Source: Methanomethylovorans hollandica DSM 15978
GTDB taxonomy: Archaea; Halobacteriota; Methanosarcinia; Methanosarcinales; Methanosarcinaceae
DNA length: 64,000 nucleotides
Reading direction: 5' to 3'
Assembly (NCBI RefSeq): GCF_000328665.1
Contig: NC_019977.1
Span: 310,001 to 374,000, forward strand
Shown: positions 32,315-40,849 of the stretch, in pieces
Position numbering within the stretch: the stretch's first letter is position 1
Layout: each line of letters begins with the position of its first letter
The notes under the pieces: model-generated
Databases searched by the model: none
The model's input: only the letters and a program-made list of their open reading frames with translations
What the model was told of the DNA's origin: nothing
Program-made: the position numbers and the translations under genes

Positions 32315-33433
32315 TTAAGGTTTTTTAAAACAAGATTTCATCGATTCCCATAGGATTTCCATCTCTTCCGGAGGCGTATTCAGTGGTATCTCACATCCGG
32401 TGGATAATATGAATCCCTTCTCAGGAGCTGCAGCCATACAACTCTTTACTTCGGCGGCAACATTGCTGACACATCCGGAATGGAATGAATAGGGATTGAT
32501 ATTTCCCATAAGGCATATTGAATCGTTCAAGTCTTTGAAATCCCTGAAACAATATCTTGCATTACAACCAATGTGCTTCTGATTGTGGAGTTTAAGGCAA
32601 TCGATCCCATATTTCTTACCGAGTGATTCCACATTTCCAAAGGAGAAATTCAAAGCATCAGGTTCAAGAGCCATTTCCAGTTCATGGAATGCATGGTTTG
32701 CACAGTTATGAGATATTACATAACCGCCCCTATCCTGTATGTGTGAGTATAATTTCTTAGAGTAATCAAAACCAAATTCCTTTGCCATTTCCAAACTGAA
32801 AAGGTCCGAAGTGCTGCCGCCGTTCTCAATGAATGCACCGTCTGCTCCTGCATCAAGCAATACATCTGCAAAGGTGATACAACTATCAGTGAGAACATCA
32901 AGCAGTGCATGAAAATTATCTCTATCCGTCATCATTTCGATGAACACCCTGCTTACATCCATTAACTGGGAAGCAAGCATGAAAGGAGTCAGGATTGCAC
33001 AGCTGATAAAAACCTCATCTCCAAGCTGTTTTTTGAGTAACACTATGGATTCTTTAATGGTTTTTACTCTTTCTGAGCGTTCTATGTGAATCGGATCTAT
33101 ATTCTCATATTCTTTTACAGATTTTAACGGAAATTTTGCAATTGAAGGATAACCATCTTTCTTGATGTTTATTTTAGCCCCTAAGGCCTCTGCTTCCACA
33201 AGCAAACATCCCCATGGGGACATTACATTATCATGGTGATACATTTCCCTTGCTAATATTTGTGCTCTGGTGATCCCTTTAGCGGAGTAGTAAACATCCC
33301 CCATGGTTGCATTCATGCGGTTAAGTACCGCATTACCGGCCCCAAACCACAAATAGCCCAATGGTACCCTGTCCACTTCTTTTAATTCAAGAGCGTTGAT
33401 AAAACGTTCCTTTGAAGTCATCTCATCAAGCAT
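32315..33433 (-). CDS. URO-D-fold (MtaA/CmuA-like) methyltransferase homolog
   Basis: MTSKERFINAL...VDRVP, EAEALGA, Zn motif HNC, LMGNINP, FILSTGCEIP. Start 33433 after GAGGAG (track start 33505). Confidence 0.85.
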   Translation of the reverse strand: MLDEMTSKERFINALELKEVDRVPLGYLWFGAGNAVLNRMNATMGDVYYSAKGITRAQILAREMYHHDNVMSPWGCLLVEAEALGAKINIKKDGYPSIAKFPLKSVKEYENIDPIHIERSERVKTIKESIVLLKKQLGDEVFISCAILTPFMLASQLMDVSRVFIEMMTDRDNFHALLDVLTDSCITFADVLLDAGADGAFIENGGSTSDLFSLEMAKEFGFDYSKKLYSHIQDRGGYVISHNCANHAFHELEMALEPDALNFSFGNVESLGKKYGIDCLKLHNQKHIGCNARYCFRDFKDLNDSICLMGNINPYSFHSGCVSNVAAEVKSCMAAAPEKGFILSTGCEIPLNTPPEEMEILWESMKSCFKKP

Positions 33434-33574
33434 AAAAATTCTCCTCATGACTTTTGAAAAGTATCTGTTACTGTGATGGACGCAAGGCCTATAGTGTCTT
33501 TGCATACAAAAAGTTCGGTGCTTTTTGTTTTAAGGTAATCTTCCAATTAATTAAAATACTCTTTTTTGAACCTT

Positions 33575-36085
33575 TCAAAACTTCCACTTTGGAAGTTTTA
33601 AGTGGACTGTAGTTCCTTTGTTAATTTCACTTTCTATCCAGATCTCCCCTTCATGTGCAAGTATAATATTCTTAGAAATATACAGGCCGGATTCAAGTCC
33701 CTGGTACTTACCACTCATCGAGTTATCCAGCTGATAGAACTTATGAAAAAGATGGGGAATGATATCTTTTTGTATGCCAGGTCCATTATCGGTTATCCTT
33801 ACGTGGAGGTCGTCGTTTTCTTCCCGGACATTTATGTTTATGTTCCCGCCATTTGGAGTGAATCTAATGGCATTGTCTATAAGATTGACCAATGTTTCAG
33901 CCATTTTGTCTCTGTCTGCTCTAATGGGAGGCAATCCATGAGGTACATCAACTTCCAGGGTGATCTCTTTCTCCTCTATCAGCAGTATCAGGTCTATCAA
34001 CGCTTCCGAAATAAGATTTGCTACATAAGCACTCGAAAAAGAATACTTCATCTTCCCGGATTGCTCCATGCTCATATACAGAAGTGAATCTATCAGACGT
34101 TTCAATCTTTCAGATTTTACTAATATAGAGTTGATAGCTTTTGTCTGCTGGTTATCGATGGCCTTGATCATCTCCTCATCCAAAATACTACATTCAGAGC
34201 TTCCTGTTCCAAGGGACATATTTAGTCTTTCAGCAAGGAATTCGGTTTTAATTCTGTTGATAGACCGTAGTTTCTGGTTTGCTGATGTTAGGTTTTCGGA
34301 GTATTTCTGCAGCGCGTTTTCCATGTGTTTTCTCTGCATGAGCGTCCACATACCCTGCATCAATAAAGTAAGCTGGCGCAGATCAGACTCATTATAATCC
34401 TCTTCTTTATTACCTACACCTGTAACAGCTATTATATGATCTCCATCGAATAATGGAACATTCATGTGTCTTAAAAGTTTCACGTGATTTTCTGGATAGC
34501 CTTTCTTTAATGGACTGGGTGCTGGATAGTCATTTGTGATTATAGGTTTACGCTGTCTTACAGCTTCGCCCCAGAGGCCGGTAGTTTTTATTGGATAGAT
34601 GAAACGTTTATCTTTGATCCCGCATTCTTTCATGGCACTTTCGGACCAAGAGTGCATTATGAGCTCTGTTTCATCAGTATTCATAAACGCAAGGTACCCA
34701 AGCCTGCTTTCAGTCAGTCTTACAGTTTCTTCTCTTACAAAGTCAGTTATTTCGTCCAAAGATGAACCTGTCATTTCATTGAGCTTCACAAGAGCTGCAA
34801 GCCTTTCTTCTTCAAGGAGGCGCATTCTTTCTGCTTTTTTGCGTTCGCTTATATCACGGGAAACAGAAAGAACCATTTTTCTTCCTTCATATACTATGAA
34901 CCGTGCATTGACTTCTAAGGGTATAATTGTTCCATCTTTGCATATAGCTTCGGTTTCGTATATTGCACGGCCATCAGTTTCAATTATTTTCATAAGCTCA
35001 TACATACGCTGTATGTACTTAGAAGAAATTATATCTGCAAGATATGTATTTAGTATCTCTTCTTTGCTGTAACCCAGTGTATCAACTACAACCTGGTTCA
35101 CGTCGATCAGTTTTCCGTTGAGTTCGCGAATATATATCTGATCATTTATGTTATTGAAAATACCTTTGAACTTTTGCTCAGATTCAGACACAGCATTTAT
35201 TGCCATCTTATGACTTATTGCAATCGCAGCAAGATTGGAATTTGCCTGGAGGATCTCTATCTCTTCTTTGGTAGGTTGGCGTGCTTCATGGAAATATATG
35301 CCAATAGTTCCCAGTACCTCATTACTTGAACTTATAATAGGTTCACAACAGCTGGCCTTTAGACCTGTCTGAGAAGCAAGTTCTTTAAGGTCTTTCCAGT
35401 AAGGATGTTCCATTATATTCTCTACGATCACTCTTTTTCCGGTGTATGCGGCTGTTCCGCAGGAGCCTATACCTTCTCCTATTAACAAACCTTCTATTGC
35501 TTTTTTATAGAAATCCGGAAGAAGCGGAGAAATTGTATTTGCAATATGTTTTTTCTCCTTGTCCAACAGCATGACAAAGCTTATTGCTCCAGGCATCATG
35601 TTCTCTGTCGTTTTTACCAGAAGCGTAAGCAACTCTTCAAGGGATGAGCCAGAAGCCAGTGCTTCAAGAACCCTGTTGCGACTCTCGATACGCATCTCCG
35701 AGAACTTCCTCTGGGTTATATCCAGGATAATGCCTTCATAATATTGAGCCTTGCCATTTTCATCCCGTCTTATGATCGTTCTCTCTTCTACCCATCTTAT
35801 TTCACCCGATTTGGTGAGAATCCTGTACTCCTGTAAGAAATCATCATTTACTTCTTTAGAACACCTAGCCATCTCTGTACGCACGTTTTTAATATCCAAC
35901 GAATGAATAATATCACCAAATATCATCTTGCCGGATAGAAAATCCTCTGGTGAATAGCCAAAACGCATGATGTTCTTTGATACAAACTTTATAGGCCAAT
36001 CTTCTTCTGCACTCCAAATAAAGACAATAACCGGACTATCATCAATTATTTTTGCTATTTCAGAATTGACATCCAATGGTTTCAT
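33575..36085 (-). CDS. Cytoplasmic PAS-GAF-PAS-GAF sensor with kinase-like ATPase domain lacking the H-box His (MsmS/RdmS-like)
   Basis: PAS/PAC, GAF (GSCGTAAY), PAS, GAF (WSESAMKEC...GLWGEAVRQRKP), N-box NLIDNAIRF, G1 DNGPGI; the expected H-box reads EFLAERLNMSL, and G2 reads GLESGL. Confidence 0.85.
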   Translation of the reverse strand: MKPLDVNSEIAKIIDDSPVIVFIWSAEEDWPIKFVSKNIMRFGYSPEDFLSGKMIFGDIIHSLDIKNVRTEMARCSKEVNDDFLQEYRILTKSGEIRWVEERTIIRRDENGKAQYYEGIILDITQRKFSEMRIESRNRVLEALASGSSLEELLTLLVKTTENMMPGAISFVMLLDKEKKHIANTISPLLPDFYKKAIEGLLIGEGIGSCGTAAYTGKRVIVENIMEHPYWKDLKELASQTGLKASCCEPIISSSNEVLGTIGIYFHEARQPTKEEIEILQANSNLAAIAISHKMAINAVSESEQKFKGIFNNINDQIYIRELNGKLIDVNQVVVDTLGYSKEEILNTYLADIISSKYIQRMYELMKIIETDGRAIYETEAICKDGTIIPLEVNARFIVYEGRKMVLSVSRDISERKKAERMRLLEEERLAALVKLNEMTGSSLDEITDFVREETVRLTESRLGYLAFMNTDETELIMHSWSESAMKECGIKDKRFIYPIKTTGLWGEAVRQRKPIITNDYPAPSPLKKGYPENHVKLLRHMNVPLFDGDHIIAVTGVGNKEEDYNESDLRQLTLLMQGMWTLMQRKHMENALQKYSENLTSANQKLRSINRIKTEFLAERLNMSLGTGSSECSILDEEMIKAIDNQQTKAINSILVKSERLKRLIDSLLYMSMEQSGKMKYSFSSAYVANLISEALIDLILLIEEKEITLEVDVPHGLPPIRADRDKMAETLVNLIDNAIRFTPNGGNININVREENDDLHVRITDNGPGIQKDIIPHLFHKFYQLDNSMSGKYQGLESGLYISKNIILAHEGEIWIESEINKGTTVHLKLPKWKF

Positions 36086-36268
36086 TCGTTTCCCTCGGTA
36101 ATTTATAAATCAATGGCTATATAGACATCCTGCTCCCATTAGTAATATAGTTATGTTAATAGTTATATTAAAAATCCTCTTGTGCAAAACTGTTATAATC
36201 TATATTGAAATAATTGTTGCTTTTTACATGATCTTTCTGAAAACTTAAATAGAAAAAAAGAAACGTAG

Positions 36269-37894
36269 TTATAGAGATACAGGAAGCAATTCTCTGTAAC
36301 TTATAGCTTTAACTGGGCATATGCCAACACATCTCTTGCAGCTCATACCCAAACATAGATGGGCAGTGTAGTCCGCGTACATGTTCCCATTTTTATAAAC
36401 GGTCCTTATAGCTCTCTCCGGACATTCCTGTTCACATTTATGACATCCAATACACCCGATTGCCTTCTCTTCAATGACTGTATCCAGGGCTCTAAATATT
36501 TCCATTCCTTTATACCCTGTATCTACAATGTCTTTTTTCTCCCTTCTCTCTACAATATGCTCAAAGTCAACTTTAGGAATCCTTGGTAAATTATAAGATT
36601 CAAGGACACTGTTATACATTTCTTCTGGCATGCCTTCGGTCCAATATGCCAGTTCACAAGTATAGAATTGTATGAACGTTTCATTGGAAGCTAGCATAAT
36701 ATGATCTGCTTTTATCTTATCTGCAAGCATTGCTATTTCTTCCAATTTGAAATTCTCAAGGACAACATCTCTTGCAAGTGCCAGGGAGGTATTACCAAAC
36801 TGTACTATTTTATGTGAGAGCATGGGGATAAGGCCGATCTTCCTTGCCTTGTTGGCATCTACATAAGCCCCTGATGCACCTGACATATACATATTCTCCA
36901 GATCCTCATATTTGACGCCAGCTTCCACTAGCAGTGTAAGATGTGCTGCCCTTATTGCCCCAATAGCCTTCCCAGCCTCTTCAACATCTGTTTCACTGAG
37001 GATGACTCCTTCGCCCAAGAACAATTTACCATTAGGAAGTTTTGGTGGAGTCCTGATCAGACCCATATCCACAGCCAGAGATATTGCAGAGATAACTCCT
37101 GTTCCTGTTATTCCCCTAGGCTTCATCTTGCTCTCTTCATGGATCTCTCCTGTCACCGGGTCAATGAGATGCCCTTTGCTCTCGGCCATATTCTCATCAA
37201 GCACTGTGAGTCTCCACAGACCATTTTCTTCATTCACATCGGAAATAGCCCCAGGGCTTGCAAGCATGCCGCATTTTATACCCTGTCCTTCGATAGCTGG
37301 TCCAGCTGCAGCACTGCAAGTTATAATCCGGTCACCAACTTTCAAAGCCATTTCAGCATTCGTACCATAATCAGTAACTAAAGATGCTCCTGATTGTTTG
37401 AGGAAGTCGGTTTTGATCATCATGGCAAGAGCATCTGCACCAATTTCATGTTCTATTGATGGAAGAACAATTATATCGCAATCTTTCAAACCGAAAGAAT
37501 CTCCGAAAATGGCATTTCCATCATAAACCTTCAGATCTCTTTTAACAGTTTCTATTCCAAGCCTTTTTTGCATATTTTTGCCAGCGTACGCGAGGTCCCT
37601 TATTTCTATATTCTGGAATAGTGACAGTTGAATGGGATTTCCACATACTGCCATCCTTTTGATCAACTGGGGGGGAACATTGAACATATCGATCATGTCT
37701 TTAAGGGTGCGGACCATAATGTGATTTGCGACCTCCTGGCCTGCACGAACAGCAAATTCGAGATGATCGATAACATTGCCCCCTGGCAATGGATGTCTCA
37801 TTGTCATTACTGTTTTTATAACTTCTTTAGTTTGAAGATCCAGCAGTTGCAATCTAAAACCACTTGTTCCCAAATCTATTGCAATACCATACAC
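36269..37894 (-). CDS. Corrinoid protein reductive activase (RamA/RamS family; ASKHA ATPase + C-terminal ferredoxin)
   Basis: MYGIAIDLGTSGFR, HPLPGGNVIDHL, HEIGADALAM, TDYGTNAEM, SAAAGPAIEGQ, C-terminal CxxCxxCxxxCP clusters. Confidence 0.92.
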   Translation of the reverse strand: MYGIAIDLGTSGFRLQLLDLQTKEVIKTVMTMRHPLPGGNVIDHLEFAVRAGQEVANHIMVRTLKDMIDMFNVPPQLIKRMAVCGNPIQLSLFQNIEIRDLAYAGKNMQKRLGIETVKRDLKVYDGNAIFGDSFGLKDCDIIVLPSIEHEIGADALAMMIKTDFLKQSGASLVTDYGTNAEMALKVGDRIITCSAAAGPAIEGQGIKCGMLASPGAISDVNEENGLWRLTVLDENMAESKGHLIDPVTGEIHEESKMKPRGITGTGVISAISLAVDMGLIRTPPKLPNGKLFLGEGVILSETDVEEAGKAIGAIRAAHLTLLVEAGVKYEDLENMYMSGASGAYVDANKARKIGLIPMLSHKIVQFGNTSLALARDVVLENFKLEEIAMLADKIKADHIMLASNETFIQFYTCELAYWTEGMPEEMYNSVLESYNLPRIPKVDFEHIVERREKKDIVDTGYKGMEIFRALDTVIEEKAIGCIGCHKCEQECPERAIRTVYKNGNMYADYTAHLCLGMSCKRCVGICPVKAISYRELLPVSL

Positions 37895-38249
37895 AATATC
37901 TCCTCCATGAAATATTTAATGATGTCCAGGTGCTCGATCAATCGGTCCCACGATGTAATGTTGCATACTAAGTCTCTGCAGTTCCACGTATAAATAACGA
38001 TTTCAGAAAAAAAAACGAAATCGATGCCAGTATCAATCATGACTGGAAAAACATCAGTAATATTATTATCAATGGTGTTATCAAAATAGGCAATATCGTC
38101 AAAATCAACACAATTGTTCATTGTTATTAATGCAAAAACCATAACCAACTTTACTAATTAGTAAGATCAATATCAAAAAATGTACAAGAGCATATGTGCA
38201 ATATATATAAATGCATATATACACATATTCGAAAATCCTGTAATTAAAG

Positions 38250-38468
38250 CAAATTGTAAAGTTCTTAAGGGACCTGGTAACATGAATTGGAGAAAGCGGT
38301 CCCTTAAGAAGGAGTAGGTAATCACGTATTCATATCACGTGATCATGCAGGCGATATTTGGGAAGTGTGGTTTTACCCTTTATTATGGAGGTAAGCTGGA
38401 TTGACCCATTTATGGTATAACCATAAGCTGCACTACTCCGCTTTTTACCCTTTGTGGGGTTTGAGCAA
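38250..38468 (-). ncRNA. Candidate structured small RNA
   Basis: More GC-rich than its flanks, no real ORF, several hairpins (13-bp stem 38262-38274/38298-38310), and an upstream TATA at 38491-38498 resembling neighbouring operon promoters. Ends are approximate. Confidence 0.5.
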
Positions 38469-38666
38469 TAAAATGTATCAGTACAATGGCATATATAACG
38501 ACTTGTAGCTAATAATCAAACACATTTCGATTATTTATTATATTGATGTTGTTCAAATTGCTTGTAATGTATGATCCATGATCTTTATTCACTTTGGCTG
38601 AGAATATTTAACCATTGAAAAAAGTAAAGTCTTTGATAAAAACAAAGTGACTTACTTAATATTAAA

Positions 38667-39470
38667 TTATTGTATTGGGTTTGGGTATTTCTCTACTTTA
38701 TATAACATTTCTTTAAAGTACAAAAAGAGATCCATGCCCCATATACGTGCACTTTCATTAAAAGAGATCACCTTTTTGTGATCAAACATCCCCTGTTTAT
38801 TGAAAAAAGCTATATTCACAAGGTCATCAGTAATTGAAAGAGCACCTAATTTTATTATATCATCATCGCATATGAACAGATTTGAATTCTTAGATGTCAT
38901 CATTGCATTATATTGTTCAGTATATTCTTCTTTCAATCTGTCATAAACAGACTTGGTCAGAATCATCTCAAAATTTACTTCTTTTTTAGCTAGCTTCGAG
39001 TAATTATTTGGGCATGAAGGACAAAAATATGAATATAATGTAGATACATTTTTTGTTTTTTCAAGGCTCAATAACAATTCCTTGGGTGGCTCAAAGAGAT
39101 GGCTAAGATCCGGGTCATGTATAATTACCTTACCTACTTCTCCAATTCTGTCCAGCAATGAATCTGGCACTGAGCTTAAATCTCTGTTCACCCAATAATT
39201 CTTATTCTCTTCCAGTACATCCAGTGTACTGATCAATGGATGTATTTTTTTCATCAGGATCTGGCCAACATAAGTTAATTTGTATTTACCATCATTCTGT
39301 TCAATGAGGCCATGTTCAAAAAGTATTTTTATCTGGGCCATTATTGCACTGGTCGTACCTGTCAGAGATTCTTTTATTTCTTCGATAGTAGCTGGCCCAT
39401 TAATTAATATCAGAAGAGTGTTTTTCCTCTTTTCAGATAGAAATACAGTGCTTACCAATTCGTCTTTCAT
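38667..39470 (-). CDS. ArsR-type wHTH + DUF1724 regulator (Msr family), copy 1
   Basis: STVFLSEKRKNTLL...AIMAQIKIL, RDLSSVPDSLLDRIGE, SARIWGMDLF; contains CPSC. Confidence 0.88.
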   Translation of the reverse strand: MKDELVSTVFLSEKRKNTLLILINGPATIEEIKESLTGTTSAIMAQIKILFEHGLIEQNDGKYKLTYVGQILMKKIHPLISTLDVLEENKNYWVNRDLSSVPDSLLDRIGEVGKVIIHDPDLSHLFEPPKELLLSLEKTKNVSTLYSYFCPSCPNNYSKLAKKEVNFEMILTKSVYDRLKEEYTEQYNAMMTSKNSNLFICDDDIIKLGALSITDDLVNIAFFNKQGMFDHKKVISFNESARIWGMDLFLYFKEMLYKVEKYPNPIQ

Positions 39471-39720
39471 TTTATTGCCCCACCACTTTCTTTTGTTTCA
39501 AAGGATCGTGCACACAGTTATCGCACAATTCTATGTCTCATGTTTTTTGAATTCAATATCTTGCGACTTGTTTTATCTGGAATATAGTCTCATAAAGGCA
39601 ATTCACAAAAAAATAATTTCAAGACAGTCTAAACACAGTTTTGTACCTACAATATACACATTCTACCAGGAATGTATATATGAAAGCTAATTTACATACT
39701 TATATCTTGGATTTTTGCTT

Positions 39721-40107
39721 CTACCTGCCAGGTCCCTCTCCAAATGTGTTATTATACCTCTTTACTACTGATCCTATATAGCTGGACACATTTCGTGAAG
39801 ATGTTTTAGACATATAATTCTTAAGAGGGAATTCGGTGTGGCAGTATGTACATCTGGCAAGTTCACAGCCCCGTGCAAGACTTGGGCAGTCTGTGCAATA
39901 TTTTGCTCTTGAATAAAAAAGATTGAAGGAATTCCCACACTCTGGACAAAGAAGCATTCTGTTAGAGTCATAGAACTGCTTGCTAACACCTCTTCTTTGT
40001 AGTTCATCAGAATACCTGTTATCGCGGGATAAATCATCAACATATCTATTTTCTTTTTGGCGCACTTTTCTACACCTCATTACAACTACATTTTTACTAT
40101 CATTCAA
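39721..40107 (-). CDS. Small zinc-finger-like Cys-rich protein
   Basis: CPECG...CTDCP...C...CTYCH; the real start may be a downstream GTG after GAGGTG. Confidence 0.65.
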   Translation of the reverse strand: MNDSKNVVVMRCRKVRQKENRYVDDLSRDNRYSDELQRRGVSKQFYDSNRMLLCPECGNSFNLFYSRAKYCTDCPSLARGCELARCTYCHTEFPLKNYMSKTSSRNVSSYIGSVVKRYNNTFGEGPGR

Positions 40108-40237
40108 ACAGTATATATAACAAAGTATTCGTAATAATCAATGACAGCTAAAATATCAATAATATGCACGATGTTAAAGCTGTGGATTTTACCTGTCAGA
40201 AGTATATATATTTGATTTGGTTCAAAATAAACATAAA

Positions 40238-40798
40238 ATGGAAATTGCAATGCAAAAAGCTACATTTGCTGCGGGCTGTTTTTGGGGAGTAGAAGACGCT
40301 TTCAGGAAGATTGGCGGTGTACTCAGCACTCGTGTTGGGTACATAGGGGGCTTACTGGAAAATCCCGGCTATATTAAAGTATTAAGCGGGAAGACAGGTC
40401 ATGCCGAGGCAGTAGAGGTTACCTTTGATCCTTCTATAGTAACCTTTGATGAGTTACTTGCAACTTTCTGGAGCATTCATGACCCCACCCTTACACACAG
40501 AGAATTGGTCATGAGTCTATGGAACATCCATGATCCTTCTACATTGGACAACTTGCCGAATGCTGTTAGTCATTACAGGTCATCTATATTTTACCATAAC
40601 GATGATCAAAAATCAAAATCAATAAAGTCCATGGAAAAGATGGAAAGAAGCCTGGGACGGGGGAAAAGGATACTTACGGAAATTGTCCCTGTGACCACGT
40701 TCTATCAGGCGGAAGAGGAACACCAGCAATACGCTGAGAAAAACACAGCAAAAGATAAAGTTAATATGTGCAGCTTAAAGAACTGTCCGATAAAGTGA
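40238..40798 (+). CDS. msrA: Peptide-methionine (S)-S-oxide reductase, atypical
   Basis: FAAGCFWG, GHAEAVEV, YRSSIF, FYQAEEEHQQY; carries an internal duplication of WxIHDP. Confidence 0.88.
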   Translation: MEIAMQKATFAAGCFWGVEDAFRKIGGVLSTRVGYIGGLLENPGYIKVLSGKTGHAEAVEVTFDPSIVTFDELLATFWSIHDPTLTHRELVMSLWNIHDPSTLDNLPNAVSHYRSSIFYHNDDQKSKSIKSMEKMERSLGRGKRILTEIVPVTTFYQAEEEHQQYAEKNTAKDKVNMCSLKNCPIK

Positions 40799-40849
40799 TT
40801 AATCTTTTACCAATGGGAACATTGAATATCAAATGATTACAGGGGGTTA

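Noticed and set aside
37876..38148. 90-aa minus-strand ORF upstream of the RamA-like gene
   Set aside because: Overlaps promoter-like DNA with repeated TTGAT motifs and has no recognisable protein features; more likely regulatory sequence.
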